A stretch of DNA of 64,000 nucleotides, from assembly GCF_009914755.1 (NCBI RefSeq), contig NC_060932.1. One strand, written 5' to 3'. How positions within the stretch are numbered: the first letter of the stretch is position 1; each line of letters opens with the position of its first letter. Below are positions 23,961 to 38,215 of the stretch, in pieces. Both the position numbers and the translations under genes were made by a program. The stretch comes from the human T2T-CHM13v2.0 reference genome, Homo sapiens. Below the pieces are notes generated by a model. That model searched no databases. It saw nothing but the letters and a program-made list of their open reading frames with translations, and was not told where the DNA came from.

Positions 23961-24575
23961 ATTAGGCCCTGTCTTCCCTGTGTCTTCCCTTAGCCATACA
24001 TTTCTGAGGCATTTTATCTCAGGAAAGATTTTACTACCTACAATCACTATAGGATCTTCAAATGCACCTACTAATGCCTTAAACATGGTACGCTAGTCTT
24101 CTCCTCTGATACATATCCAACTATTATAAAACCACTCATTGACAGTTGACTTAAGCCTTAGGAGGATGATTATTTGCAGCTTTAATGGTATGCCTCCCCT
24201 TGGTTTTCTGGACTGAGGGCTCCCTCTGGGAGAATCATTCCAGTGAGCTTCTGGAGATCTCGCTGCCATTCCTCTGGTAGTTTTCTTTGAACCTCAATCA
24301 CCCTTCCTGATCAAGTAACAACCAAAATACTCTTCTCTAATCCTATCTGCAAGGACAGCTAAACCTGGGTGCATGACCTTTCTCCTTTCTTATTTGCCCA
24401 GCCTGGCTGCCAAGGTTTTTTTTTCTTGCTCATATTGCCTTACTCTCTTCTCTAAAAGCTTAACCTTGCTCCTAAGAAAATCTCTCTCTTCCTCCACTTA
24501 ACCAAACTTCCTTTATTTATTTTTTTTTTTTCACTCTCCAATGATCATGTTCTGATAGTTTTAAAAACCAATCCA

Positions 24576-24882
24576 GGCCGGGTGGGATGGCTCACGCCTG
24601 TAATCCCAGCACTTTGGGAGGCCAGGGCAGGCTGATCATTTGAGGTCAAGTGTTTGAAACCAGCCTGGCCAACATGGTGAAACCCTGTCTGTTCTAAAAA
24701 TACAAAAATTAGTTGGATGTGGTGGTGGGCGCCTGTAATCAGAACTACTGGGGAGGCTGAGGCAGGAGAATGGCTTGAACCTGGGAGGCAAAGGTTGGGG
24801 TAAGCCAAGACTGCCCCACAGCATTCTAGCCTGGGTGACAGAGTGAGACTCAGTTTCAAAAATAAATAATAAGTAAATAAAA
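24576..24882 (+). mobile_element. AluS (Sz/Sx-like), full length
   Basis: GGCCGGG start, both arms, A-rich tail, TSD-like aaaaaccaatcc / aaaatccaattcc. Confidence 0.96.
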
Positions 24883-27800
24883 TTTAAAAAATCCAATTCC
24901 TCCTTGTTACCTGAGCAAACTTGGTTCCTGAGAACTGAGTATTCCTGGCACACACCTTTTTATTTGCCTTCTGAGCTTTTGGGTTTGAATATATTTCATT
25001 GGGATGCTTCTATTCTACTTCAGGCAAAGTTGTCTATTCCTTATTTAATAAGGACTCCACTACTGGGGGCTATTTGTTGATGAACCAGAGTCATCTGAAG
25101 AAAATATGTAGGGACAGAGTTCTTTTGAAACAAACCACATGAATACAGCGGATGGGCCCCTGCATAGTTCACCTCCTTTGCATTAAAAGCAGGTCAGGAA
25201 AAAAATTAATTCAGATTCCTATCAATGCCTGCTATGAAGCTCTGTTGCTTGACTGGAACTTAACGGCTTTTGAAATTTAAAGTCCTAGCTTGAAGGTCTG
25301 GATGAAAAAAATAAAGGAAGCTAAGATTATTTCATGCATCCAGTGCCTAAAAAGTTTTCACAGTGATATCTGATTTAAAAAAACCCCCTTTTTTCAAGAT
25401 ATCCTTATCCTTTTCTGGGCCTCACCTGCAATGCTTGGCCTAATTGCCTCTGTGCAATCGTGAGCAGCAATAATGACGTGCACACACAGACCTGGGCAGC
25501 CAGCTTGCTTGGATCTGTCCCAGCTAATAAACAGCCACACCACTGGAATAACAGCCACACAGATGCTGCCTCAAAATGCCAGGACTCAATTCTAGAAGAC
25601 CTGGATCTGCAAACTATTAAATGCTTCTGTCCCTTAGCTGCATCCCCATGAGCAAAGACCACCACATGTTATTCTGCATCCATCTTTCAAGGTTAATAAA
25701 CAGTGCATCATGCCTTTCTTCTCTTGAAACACTCAATAAATAAATAACGCTCCATAGCCACAGGAAGCAGATGAGCATCAAAATATTAGCTTTCTTACTG
25801 ATAAAAGCTAAGATGGAAATATGGCTTAGGTTTGCATTTTTCTAACTCTTCACTCAGATTTATACTTCGCCACACTATCACAGTGAGCTGGGCCACCACA
25901 GGGCATCCCTGTAGGAGCCTCCTGACTCAAGAAGCCTAGCACGACAGAGCAGAACGTAGACTTTCTATGGGCAGGCAGCTTCACAAAGAGAAGCTGGGAT
26001 TACTCTGTGTGCTTTTCTAGCTTGCCAGCCAGAAAATCCCACGAGAAGAAGTAAGTCAGTAAGCAAGTAGGGAAAGGCCACAAACCTCTGTCTATGGGAG
26101 CTCCCTCACGGGAACATGAGGCCAGGCCAACATTTTAACCTTGGCTTTTAAAGAATTGCCTTAATATTAAAAGACGGAGAGGCTGGATAGGGAATTGTTT
26201 AGTAAATCCCAAGGACTTTTACAATATTTTTCCCAGTTATTAAATGTAAATAATATGGGTAAAGGCTAGTTAACAATTTTTTCAACATTATAATGTTTGT
26301 AGTATGGACAATATATCACATTGACTACGTAGAGCTAATGTTGATTTTTCTTCTTGCATGTCTGTAAGACTTATCTTACTTTATAGACTGGAGACTTTTA
26401 AATTCAATTTAGAAAATAAATCCACGGCAATTGTAAAAATAACTTTTCCAGCATATTTTTGTAAAAATGTAATTCATGTGCAATATTTTTAATTTTTTCT
26501 TGAAAGTACTTTAGAAACTCTAAGACAGTATAATGTTTTCTATAAGTTTGGAGTTTTGTACAGGGCCTTCATCAAATAAACCATATCTTATATCTAAAGA
26601 AAAATGTATGGGTAGATACAAATTTTATAAAACACAACTTTGGAGTATCTGTTTTGTTTTTAAAGTATTTACTGGCCTGATAGGAGGTTAGATTGATGGG
26701 ATATATTTTTTCTTCATTGTTAGGACACAAATAAGGATTGTTCTTTCTTTTGGAAATAATTAAGCATCAATAATCAATAATAACCAGTAATACCCAACTC
26801 AATTACCATTTTTATTTTTGTGTTTTCCTCTCTAGGCTCTCCCTCTGTTATACTCTTTCTCAAGAAAATAGATTGGTCTTATGTGCTCTTTCTCTAAGAC
26901 TACTTATTGATCAGCTGAAATCGTCTGTGTTTGTGTGTGTGTGTATAATTGTGTATAATCTGCAATTATTGGAATTGTACATAAGCTGATTTCAAAATAT
27001 TTCCCACTGACATGTAACTGATGGAATCACTTACATATGATTGGTATCTCCCTTTTTTGCTAGAGAAACTTCTCTTCATTTGGGCTGCCACGTGAAAAAC
27101 TTGGGCCCCATGGGGATCTTGGATAATAGTTGTGATTGATGTCCAGTTAAAGCCCTTCCCACGCCATCTTTCTTCTTCTTCATGAAAGACTGTTTGAAAA
27201 GGTATGTAAACATACCTATCAAGTTGGAGTAGTTCCTAATAATACCATTATGTGGCATGGAAGTCTGTGATTTACAGACTCATGTTAAAATGTTATTTTT
27301 AATTTCCTTTTTGCCATACGATTATTCTTTAATGAATAATTTAAAAATAATCTTAACCTGAAGATTTCCTTTAAATGGAATACTAGATAAATGGAATGAA
27401 TCCAAAATCTCTTACACCTTTATGTGCTCAAACTACATTACATTTTCCTGGGGCCTTTAATGTAAGATAAGTCACAAACAAGGTGATTTTGTTAAAAGAG
27501 ACTGGGGTCTGCTCACAGGAACATATAAGTTCAAAATAAAAATATCTAAAATAAATCTTCTGGATTCCCCATTGTAATCAAAGTAATCTCAGAGGTAAGT
27601 CAAACAATAGTAAGACAGACAGCTAAATATATAGAGGGAGAATAACGAAAACAGTTTTCTACTTTTAAGAGGTTAACAGGTTAGAGAAGCTACTCTCTGG
27701 AAACCCCCAGAAAGCTCTCTTTCTGCTAGGTGAGAGGATTTGCAAAACAGCTTCTATGTAAATTCTACCCTTCATGCTCTATCCAGTTCCTGTATTACTC

Positions 27801-28424
27801 TCATCTCTGTATGAAGTGGTTGACTGATGTGGCTGTGCTGTTCTACCTGACCCATTGATAGAGTAAATTATCATCATGGTCCTGTTAGCAGGCCCAGGAC
27901 AAGATAGTACTATGACAGGTATAATATAGGAATAATGTAGGCCGAAGTGTAAATAATTAAAGTTGTAATTCAAGCTCAGCTTACCAGTGACATCATTTTT
28001 CAATGTCACTAGAGTCTCTCAATGAAATTACAGCTTTATATGTAGAATTTAGATGTACACTATTCATCACAATACATGAAACATGTTCTGGTTATCAATA
28101 GGTACTAGATACATTAACATCAAGGGGAAGATCTTCATTCCAGTAACGAAGTCTCCATTCTCTTTTCTCCTGCCACTAAACTGAACTCAAAGATGGCCTT
28201 TTTTTTTTCTGGATACAGTGAATATTCTCTTAGTTTAAAAGGGATTGTCTTCCTTCTGGAGGGTAGTTCAGAGAGAAAAAGCAAGGCTAAGAAGGTGAGG
28301 AGGACAAGTCTTGGGCAAGTGTGACTTAGTGAGGAGAATCATACAAACAGACATCCATTTCCTAAAGTGTGCCAGAAGCCTCTTTTATCTGCATCAGGAT
28401 CTCTTTAAAGATGTCCATCTTGCT

Positions 28425-28522
28425 GAGATAAAAATGTATACATGTACCCAAACATTACACTGTGCCCTATTAATTTGTACAATTATTATTCATCAATTAA
28501 AGATCAAATAAAACATTAAAAA
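28425..28522 (+). mobile_element. L1MA-type extreme 3' end
   Basis: tgtatacatgtacccaaacattacactgtgccctattaatttgtacaattattattcatcaattaaa. Confidence 0.6.
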
Positions 28523-28964
28523 TGTCAAAGAACTTGACTTTCTGTTAACTGATTTCTTAAAATAAGTAAATTATAAGAATGTAATAAAAACATGCCAGAA
28601 TATAGTTATTTCCAAATGGCCTTAATATTATGTATCACAAAATAGAAGAAAATAACAGAAACTTGAAAACAAATTATTCTAAATAGAGAAAATGAGCAGA
28701 GCATATGATTGCTATATTTTTTTACCAACATTTATAAATCTTCTGAGATGCCCATCTGTATGTTTTTTCTAGGTAGAGATCAATCGTTGAAACATGCAGA
28801 AGTAATCTATACTCTTTTAATCTATTGGACTCTCTCTTCATTTATTTCTCTGTCTCTAAACTTCCAATAAGAGAGTATCTCAGGCATGGCTCACACAGGG
28901 ATAAACAATATGTTTATGTAAATTTAAAAGGGCAACATTAAATTATTATGACATATACACTATT

Positions 28965-29410
28965 GTCTCAACTTTTTTGGAGGATAATTTAATAGCAAAA
29001 GCTTTAAAATATGTATATCCTTTGCTCCTTGAAAATTCTATTTGACAAATCTATCCCAAAGCCGTAATTTAAAAGATGCTGAGATGCACAAAATTATGGT
29101 CTTCACCATATTCTTTATAAAAACAGAAAATGAACACAATGTAAATGGCTGACAATAAGGTATTTTTTTTAGGTTAAGAGAAATCAATCAGTAGAATATT
29201 ATGCAGTTCTAAATGGCTGTATCATAATGTAGAAAAGTGTCTAATGACATAAGACAATCCTTGTAATATACTAAGTGAGGAAAAGCAGGTTAAAAATGGC
29301 TTGTGTGGTATGATCTCAAATTTTTTTAAAAAGCTATCTTTTAATATTTAATTTTTATTAATAAAGATGACTTAAAATAATCTGTAAATTTAGAGATTAT
29401 GAGTGGTTAA
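28965..29410 (+). mobile_element. Ancient L1ME-type 3' region
   Basis: atatgtatatcctttg...aatctatccca...gtagaatattatgcagtt...atatactaagtgaggaaaagcaggtt. Confidence 0.55.
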
Positions 29411-29411
29411 A

Positions 29412-29650
29412 TAATAGCAATAATAGCTTATTTAACAATGGTATCTCTGCCAGGCAGTCTTCTAAGTGCCTCACATGCACTGTTTAATAAATTTTCCACA
29501 ACACCTTGGAAGACCGGCAGTACTGTCCCACTGAAAAGATAAGGAAGCTGAGCTATGTACAAATGAAGAAGCCTGGTCAAACTGAAAATGACAGACATGG
29601 GGTTGAACCCTGGCAGTCTACACAGAGAATACACTTTTAATTAGTATGCT
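29412..29650 (-). mobile_element. MIR
   Basis: tgccaggcagtcttctaagtgcctcacatgc...cacaacaccttg...ggggttgaaccctggcagtct. Confidence 0.75.
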
Positions 29651-30274
29651 GTAGTAAGATTTTGATTTTTATTCATTTATGTTTATATCTCTGTCCCAAT
29701 GGTCTAGAGTAAATATGTATTTTTTTAACCAAAAAACTTATTAATCTTATTTTAAAATTATATTTGATATTGTAATGAAAAATAATAAAGTTTCTAAATA
29801 ATACAGAATAATATTTCTATTTCAAGAAATAGACGTTTGAAAACTAAATTGATGGATTAGAGTTTCCTTAGATTTTCTTTTTGGATACAGTGAAACCGTA
29901 TAGCTGATGAAATAACAAATGACAACATTTCTACCTTACTAATCATCTGTTTATTTTTATAAATTGATTAACCTACCCCCAAAACATGACATTTCCATAA
30001 TATGACTGTATCTGTATTTAGTTAAAATCTTTCCCCTTCATTTCTCCTTTTTAAAGATGTATAAACATCTCACATAGACATTTGACAACTAGTTCTACTT
30101 ATAAATAAGGAGAGAATAGATTGCAGAAAATGATACCATTGTGGAACAAAGCCTATCATCCTTCTTTCAAAAAGAATTGGTCACAATTTGCTTCAATGGA
30201 GCAATGTGTCCCTTGTTACCGATTTATTTTGCTCCGTGGGACTGTGTTAGAAAAACGTTATTATTATTAGCAGT

Positions 30275-30480
30275 AGTAATAGTTGGCAGACATTCAGCAC
30301 ATTTCATCAAAGGCTCCAAGAGCTTAGCCATCAATCAAACTTGCCTTGGTGCGCTCTTGGGAGGAGGTGGTATTATTTCTGTTTGGAACAGAGGTTAAGT
30401 GACTTGCCCAAGGCCTTGAAGCTGGTGAAATTCAGAGTTGGGAATTAAACCCTGGAGACTTGACACCCAGCATCCCACTC
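30275..30480 (-). mobile_element. MIR relic
   Basis: cagaggttaagtgacttgcccaaggcc...gggaattaaaccc. Confidence 0.7.
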
Positions 30481-30659
30481 TCCTTCCTGGAGCACATTCC
30501 CTCCGTCTGTCTGAAAGATGTAGGGATAAATAAAGCATCTAATAGAAAAAATGTCCTGCTCCCCAGCATGTGTTCTTGTATTCAAACTCTTCTGGCATTA
30601 AGTTGAAAAAGCACAAGTAGTTTCATTCAGAACTTGAGCTGGTAACTTTCAGTTTTGGC

Positions 30660-30815
30660 ACTCATTCATTCTTCACCAAATATGTATTTAGTGCTAGCAC
30701 GTGTTAGGTATGATAGCAGGAACCCAGTTCAGTTGTTGGGAGCAAGACAGCTACGGCCTGCAGGGAGTTTTCAGTCTAGCAGGGAAGAAAGATTAAACAG
30801 AGACCATTGCAATAC
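30660..30815 (-). mobile_element. L2 3'-end relic
   Basis: ctcattcattcttcaccaaatatgtatttagtgctagcacgtgttagg. Confidence 0.65.
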
Positions 30816-31191
30816 TGAGTGTTTATGACTGTGTCATGGTCCACAATTGAAATCCTAGATTCTCCCCCTTTAGGTGTACATTATAAATTTTAATGAATCA
30901 AAATTTGAGTCACTGAAATCAAAAGCATATGTTTGTCTTATTAATTTTAATAAGTAAAGTATAAATAGATGCTAATTGCTCTATATCTTTTTTTTAGAAT
31001 TTGGTTGAGGATAGATATTAATAAATGTTAGAAGTAGAATGTGACTCCTGAAGGGCAAAATTATCTTCTTATTTACTTTTGCAGTATGAAAAGTAATTAT
31101 GAGATTCAAATACCTGTTGTTAGAATTTAAGTTTAATACGTCATTTCAGAAGAAGCAGAAGCAGGTAGTATTCCAGGCTGCCAACCCACAC

Positions 31192-31495
31192 TTTTTTTTT
31201 TTTTTTTTTTTTTTTTTTGAGACGGAGTTTCACTCTTGTTGCCCAGGCAGGAGTGTGCTGTGGCGCCATCTTGGCTCACTGCAACTTCCTCTTTCCAGTT
31301 TCAAGAGACCACAGCCTCCCGAGTAGCTGGGATTACAGGCGCCTGCCACCTTGGCCGGCTATTTTTTTTGTATTTTTAGTAGAGACGGGGTTTCACCATG
31401 TTGGTCAGGTTGGTCTCGAACTCCTGACCTTGTGATCTGCCCACCTCGGCTTCCCAAAGTGCTGGGATTACAGGCGTGAGCCACCGCACCTGGCC
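31192..31495 (-). mobile_element. AluS with a small right-arm deletion
   Basis: T27 tail, both arms; perfect 12-bp TSD gccaacccacac (31180-31191 / 31496-31507). Confidence 0.96.
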
Positions 31496-31839
31496 GCCAA
31501 CCCACACATTTTTACTGTGATCTACGTGCCAGGCACTGAGCTATGGGCAGAGGCAAGCCCAAGTGACTAAGAATCACACCCTGTCTCTTAGGCACTTAAA
31601 TTTATTACACAATGAGTTTACAGCCTAGGTAAACATTTATTTAAAGGGATTCTATGTTTCAGATTTTGTCACATAAATCCTAAATTATCTCCGAAGAAAT
31701 AGAATTGCTCTAAGAACGAAGAGATTCCTTGTCACCATCCTTAGCAACTATTTTGTTACTACAACCAACTGGAAGGTTTGACTAGTACAAAGTTGTTTAC
31801 AGAAGTGAAACTCCTATGTTAACATTACATATCTATAAA

Positions 31840-32010
31840 AATGTTTCATTTAATCTCTCTGAGCCCTATTTCTTCCACGGTAGAATGACTATAGTAAAAA
31901 AATTAGTTTAATTTATCTCAGAGGTTTTAAGGATCAAATGAGATCTTACGGGTAAAAACTCTCAGGTAAACTGTAAAGTATTATGCAAAGGTAAGTAACT
32001 ATTATCTTAT
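31840..32010 (+). mobile_element. MIR relic
   Basis: tcatttaatctctctgagccctatttc...tctcagaggttttaaggatcaaatgagat. Confidence 0.6.
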
Positions 32011-32214
32011 TTGGAGGAATACAATTCTTGAAATACAAACAGTTCCTTTGGGGAAGATATTTCTTGCCTGATATGTCTAATACTAATGAGATACTTCTTC
32101 CCCTTTTCCCATATCTGAGCAGATAGGGGCAGCAGCACATTATAAACTTAATATTTTTCCTTAAAATGTTTTGCTTTAAAAACCAGACCACAAACAACTT
32201 GTGTCTAAACAAAA

Positions 32215-32553
32215 AAGCAACATAGATTCCAATTCATAGTGGGTTCAAATCTTAGTTGCAACAAAACATCCATTTATGATAAAGATTCATAGCAATTAGA
32301 AATAGCAGATAATATCCTTAATATGAAAAGGGACCTCTACAAAAAACGTACAGCTATCATACTGAGTGCTCTCCCTCTAAAATTGAGAAGGGAATAAGGA
32401 TGCCCCTTCTCATCATTTTGATTAGATATTAGAGTGGAATCCTGGCCAATGCAATGAAACAAGAAAAAAGAATGCATAAAGACTGAAAAGAAGAAATATA
32501 ACTGTTTCTGTTTCCAGATGACATAACTATCTATGTAGAAAATCCCAAGGAGT

Positions 32554-32589
<36 letters not shown>

Positions 32590-34382
32590 AGTGGGATACT
32601 AGTATGCATCAGATACAAGGACAATTTACAAAAATCAATCATTTCTATACATTAGAAACAAACAATTAGAAAATAAAATTTAAAAATATACCACTTACAA
32701 GAGAAACAAAACCATTTAACAGGAATAAAATTAAGACTTCTACAATAAAAACTGTAAGACATTGCTGAGCAAAATGAAAGGGGATATAAATAATTGGAAA
32801 GATATATTCACGGAGTAGAAGACTCAATAGCACTAAGATGCACTTTCTCCCCAAATAGATAAATAAATTCAAAACAACATCTCTCAAAACCACAGCAAAC
32901 CTTTTCATAGAAATTAAGAAACTGTGCCTAAAAGTAGTATGGAAATACAAAGGATCTAGAGTAGTTAAACAATTTTTACAAAAAAGATTAAAGTTGCATA
33001 ACATGTTTCTTGAGTTCAAAATTTGCTTTAAAAATAGAATAATCAAAACAGTGTGATGTTTATACAGATAAGCATATATAACAATGAAAAAAAGTATTGA
33101 ACCAGCCCTTGCACACTTATGGTCAATTAATTCTGATAAAGATGTTCACTTCCAAAAGAAGAGTATAGACTTTTCAAAAAATGGTGTTGGAACAATTGGT
33201 TATTCAGATGAAAAAATGAACTTTGATCTTTGCCTCATATCTTATGCCAAAATTAATTAATAATGGTTCATACCTACACATAAAAGCTAAAATTATTAAA
33301 CTTCTAAAAACAAACAGGAGAAAATCTTTGGAACTTTGGAGCTGGCAAAGATTTCTTATAAAATAACTATAAAATAAAAGGGAAAAGTGTTAAGTTGGAC
33401 ATCATCAAAAGTAAAAACTGTTCTTCATAAGACTTCATTGAGAAAATGAGAAGACAATATGCAGACTGGAAGAAAATACTTGCCACATAGATCTGATAAG
33501 GGACTTGAAATAGGACTATATAAAGAGTGTTTACAACTCAATAAAAAGAAGAAAATAACCCTACACTAACAGGCAAAGAGATTTATACAGGTACCTCACA
33601 AAGCAATGCATTCGAATGGACAATAAGCACATAGAAAAATGCCCGACATTATTAGGTAGCAAGGAATGTGAATTCAAACAAGATATGACTTCAGACCTAC
33701 TAGGATAACTGCAATTAAATGACTGACAATACCAAGAAGGGTTGGTGAGGATGTGAAGCAAGTGAAACACTCAAACTTTGCTGTCAGAAGAGTGTAGCAA
33801 TTTTTAATAAAGTGAATCATATGTTTACTATAAGACATGGCAATTTAACTCCTAAAATGTTAAAATGAGCAGAGAAAACATTCACAAAATCTTATATCCA
33901 AATATGTTTATAGCAGGTTTATTCATAATAGCCAAAACCTGGAAACAAACTCCATCAACAGATGAATGTAAAACTTTTTTTCATGCAATGGAATAGTACT
34001 CAGCAATGAAGAGGAACACAGTCATCCAACAATATGAGTAAATTGTTTAAGCATTACACTGAATGAAAGAAGCTAGACAAAAAATGACTGCAGAGTGTAT
34101 TATTCCAGTTACGTGAAGTTCTAGGAAAGGCAAAACTAATTTATGATAGAAATTAGATCATCAGTTGTCTAGAATGGGGGGTAAGATTTACTGCAGAGGG
34201 CCATGAAGAAACATTATAAATTGTTTTGCATCTTCATTGGAGGGGTGGAAACCTTCTGCATCTTCATTGGGAGAGATGGTTTCAAGGGTGTGTACATTTG
34301 TCAGAATTCATCAGATTGCACACTTAAAATGTTTTACATGCATTTTGACATAAATTTTATCTTAATAAGCTGGGTTTAAAAA
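32215..34382 (+). mobile_element. Old L1 (L1ME-type): ORF2 RT region to 3'UTR, containing (CA)n at 32556-32590
   Basis: ctgtttccagatgacataact (LFPDDI, the RT motif), L1 ORF2 3' half, 3'UTR aaggcaaaactaatttatgatagaaattaga. Confidence 0.85.
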
Positions 34383-34774
34383 ATCTCAGTCACATATTTA
34401 AGCATTCAATGAGTATAAATTCTTTGACTTGATAACTGGATCTGATATCTAACATTAAAACAATGCTATAATGCTTTCTGCTATAGCATGAATTCAGAAT
34501 TAATGCAATTGATGATTCACCACTGTCCTCTGCTCTGCTCTTTTTCTCAAGAAGAAAAGCTAAAGTGGGTTAAAGTTTTATATTCTCTTTTGTGGATGGG
34601 TATGAGAGATAGGAAATAAACTTTCTCATGATGACAGTTTATAGAGGAATTTTCTGTTCAGTGTAATAGTTTACACTATAATTTTCACCACCTTTATTCT
34701 TCTGCTTTGTCTTTTTAAATAACAAATGAACTCAAACTGTCTTCTTTAACCTTGGTTTAATGCACCTCTTCTGG

Positions 34775-35075
34775 TTTTTATTTTTTATTTTTAGTGACAA
34801 GGTCCTGTTCTGTTACCCAGGCTAGAGTAAGTGATGTGAATGTAGCTCGCTGTAGCCTCAAACTCCTGGGCTTAAGTGATCTTCCTGCCTCAGCCTCTTG
34901 AGTAGCTGGGACTACAGGCATGTGCCACCATGCCCAACTAATTTTTTAAAAAAATTTTTGAAGAGATGGGGCCTCACTATGTTGTCCAGGATGGTTGTGA
35001 ACTGACCTCAGGTGGTCCTTCTGCCTTGGCCTCCCGAAGTGCTGGGATTACAAATGTGAACTACTGTGCCTGGCC
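34775..35075 (-). mobile_element. AluJ
   Basis: gcctcaaactcctgggcttaagtgatc (J-diagnostic), both arms, ends tggcc. Confidence 0.93.
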
Positions 35076-35651
35076 AAATGAAGCCTCTCCTTTTACATGA
35101 TTACATTTAGTGTACTCCACTACTACTACTAATAATTATTATTACTACTAATAAATGCAACTATTATTGTTATTTAGTGTAGCCTACTAGTTATTAGTGT
35201 ATCTCACTAATTATTATTTTATGTACCTCACTAATAATAATTCTAATAATAATTTTTTTATTTTGTTTTATGAAAGGATTTTACTGTACTCTCCATCACT
35301 GTGGAATAACATTAATTAGCCAATGTAGAGTTTCCTTCTTCCCTAGTGCTGTGTCTAAATTCTGGGAAGATTCTATAGTGCAAAAGCACGTGAAAAGGGC
35401 ACACGCTATAGTGCCAAAGCACAGCATCCGGTAAGATGTTCTGATTCCTGTGATCTTCAGTTGTTCTTGCCCTCACAGGTCACTGCTATGTTGTCTTTTA
35501 TTTCTAACTGCAAGATGTCCTCAGCTATTGCTCCCGGCTCTTAGTCCCTCACGCCTCCCCTGACATGGGAAATTATTGGGACTACAAATAGACTTTCCCA
35601 TCTACAAGATTATCTTTAGCTACAGTGGAATTACTCTACTGTTGTTATGTA

Positions 35652-36225
35652 ATTTGTAATAACCAAGATATGGAATCAACTTAAACATCCATCGGTGGAT
35701 GAATGGATAAATAAAATGTGGGATATATACTTAATGGAATACTATTCACCCATAAAAAATAATAAAATCCTGTCCTTTGCAGCAACATGGATGGAACTGG
35801 AGATCATTACACACAGTGAAATAAGCCAGGCCCAGAAAGACAAATGTCACATGTTATCACTCATATGTGGGAGCTTAGTAAGTTGATCTCATGGAGTTAG
35901 AAAGTAGAATGATAGTTAAGAGAGGCTGGAAGTGTATGATGCGGGATAAAGGGAGGTTGGTTAATGTGTATAAACATAGATAGAAGGAATAAGTTCTAGT
36001 GTTCAATAGCACAGTTAGGCAACTACAGTTATCAACAATTTATTGTATATTTCAAAATAACTGGAAGAGAAGATTGGAAATGTTCCCAACATAAATGACA
36101 AATGAGGTGGATATCCTAAATACCCTCATTTGATCATTATATATTGTATTAAAATGTCAAAATATCACGTATACTTCATGTGCACAGTCATTACATATAA
36201 ATAAAAATTTTAAAATTAAATACAA
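35652..36225 (+). mobile_element. L1MA (MA4/5-like) 3' end
   Basis: MDEWINKMW...ATWMELEII.HSEISQAQKDK (ORF2 C-terminus) and an L1MA 3'UTR. Confidence 0.88.
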
Positions 36226-36728
36226 CAAAAAGTTATGTCTTTCTATACATTGTTTTCATCATTAGTTTGATTCTTTTGCATAGGTTACACAGTTGACTTA
36301 TTCTGAGAATTGTATAGATAGCTGGGTACCTGTTCCAAGTCACTCTGTGTGTGAGAGTACCTGGAACTCTATGCAAGTAACACTTTTCAGATGATAGGGA
36401 CTACATCTTCACAATTTTCTATTTGTACAGTGAAGTAAAGCACTTAAAAACCATTCTTTTGACTTGAACTAATTTGTTCATCTTATCAAAAGTAGAGTAT
36501 GCCTGCTGTAAGTAGCTGAACTATTTAGAAATCTCTTAGAATATTTTTTAAACCAATCCTATGCTTTTTAGTGTAATATTGTACAATATAGTATATCAAG
36601 AAATGAAGACAAACTGGGAATGTGATTTATCCTGAAAGAATAAGACATCTCCCTGTGACCTTCAGCTTGCTCTTAGCTATTTGTAGGCTTCCTTAAATAG
36701 TAAACATAACTAATTTTATAGTAAATTC

Positions 36729-37335
<607 letters not shown>

Positions 37336-37497
37336 CTATAAATTCTCAGTATAATGTTTGTTGGTTCACTGTTGAAATGTCCTTACATTTGATTTTGATT
37401 GTCTGTTAGCAAAATGGCTTGTCAAGAATTCTCATTTGTTAAATTAGCAGAGAATCATTAATGTTTTCAATCACTTCCTTGGAAAAACTACTATAGA

Positions 37498-37498
<1 letters not shown>

Positions 37499-37537
<39 letters not shown>

Positions 37538-37560
37538 ATATATATATATATATATATATA
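37499..37560. repeat. (TA)n microsatellite with TG interruptions
   Basis: Directly visible. Confidence 0.95.
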
Positions 37561-38032
37561 AAACTTAAAGCATTGGAAATTTAAAAGTCATAAGCCTGGG
37601 GTAGCAATAGGTGCAATGGCTTAAATAGCCATTAGGAATCTATTAACATTAAAGCATTATCTTATCTACAAAGAACAATTCTCTGTTTACTTATAACTAT
37701 CAGTAAGAGTTGGTATTCTATGGGGCTTCCAGATTGCATCCAGCACCAGGGCTTCTGACTAAGAGGCTGAGTCAGAGCTGAAATCCAGACTTCATTCACC
37801 TGGTCAAGCTGTTCACCCTTGTGTGAGGCTGCATCTGTCTAGGCTCTTGAAGGAAGTGAACTATGCTTAGTTAACACAAAGGCTCTGTTTGATATCTCTG
37901 CTGTCCTGGGTGTTAAGTTTGAAGCTGTAATACACCTTATTAAGCTTTTTTTGCAGTTAAAATCAAAAGATTTGTCAGCACAGTATTGAGGATTAGGATT
38001 AATATAAACCACTTATTGGTTTATCCAGAGTG

Positions 38033-38215
38033 TTCATTCATTCATTCATTCATTCATTCATTCATTCATTCATTCATCCATCCATCCGCCCATCCATTCA
38101 TTTGATGCGTATGTACTGGTTTCTTCTTACATGCCAGGCTTTACACTATGTTCCAGCGATGCAAAAGGGAACATGAGGGACCCTGCCTTCAAGCAGTGTA
38201 CAATCTGCTGGTGGC
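38033..38215 (-). mobile_element. L2 3' end with an expanded (TTCA)n/(TCCA)n tail
   Basis: (ttca)11 then catgccaggc...ccctgccttcaagcagtgtacaatct. Confidence 0.8.

Noticed and set aside
35100-35260. Degenerate tagtgta...cacta/TAA repeats
   Set aside because: Low-complexity AT-rich slippage sequence
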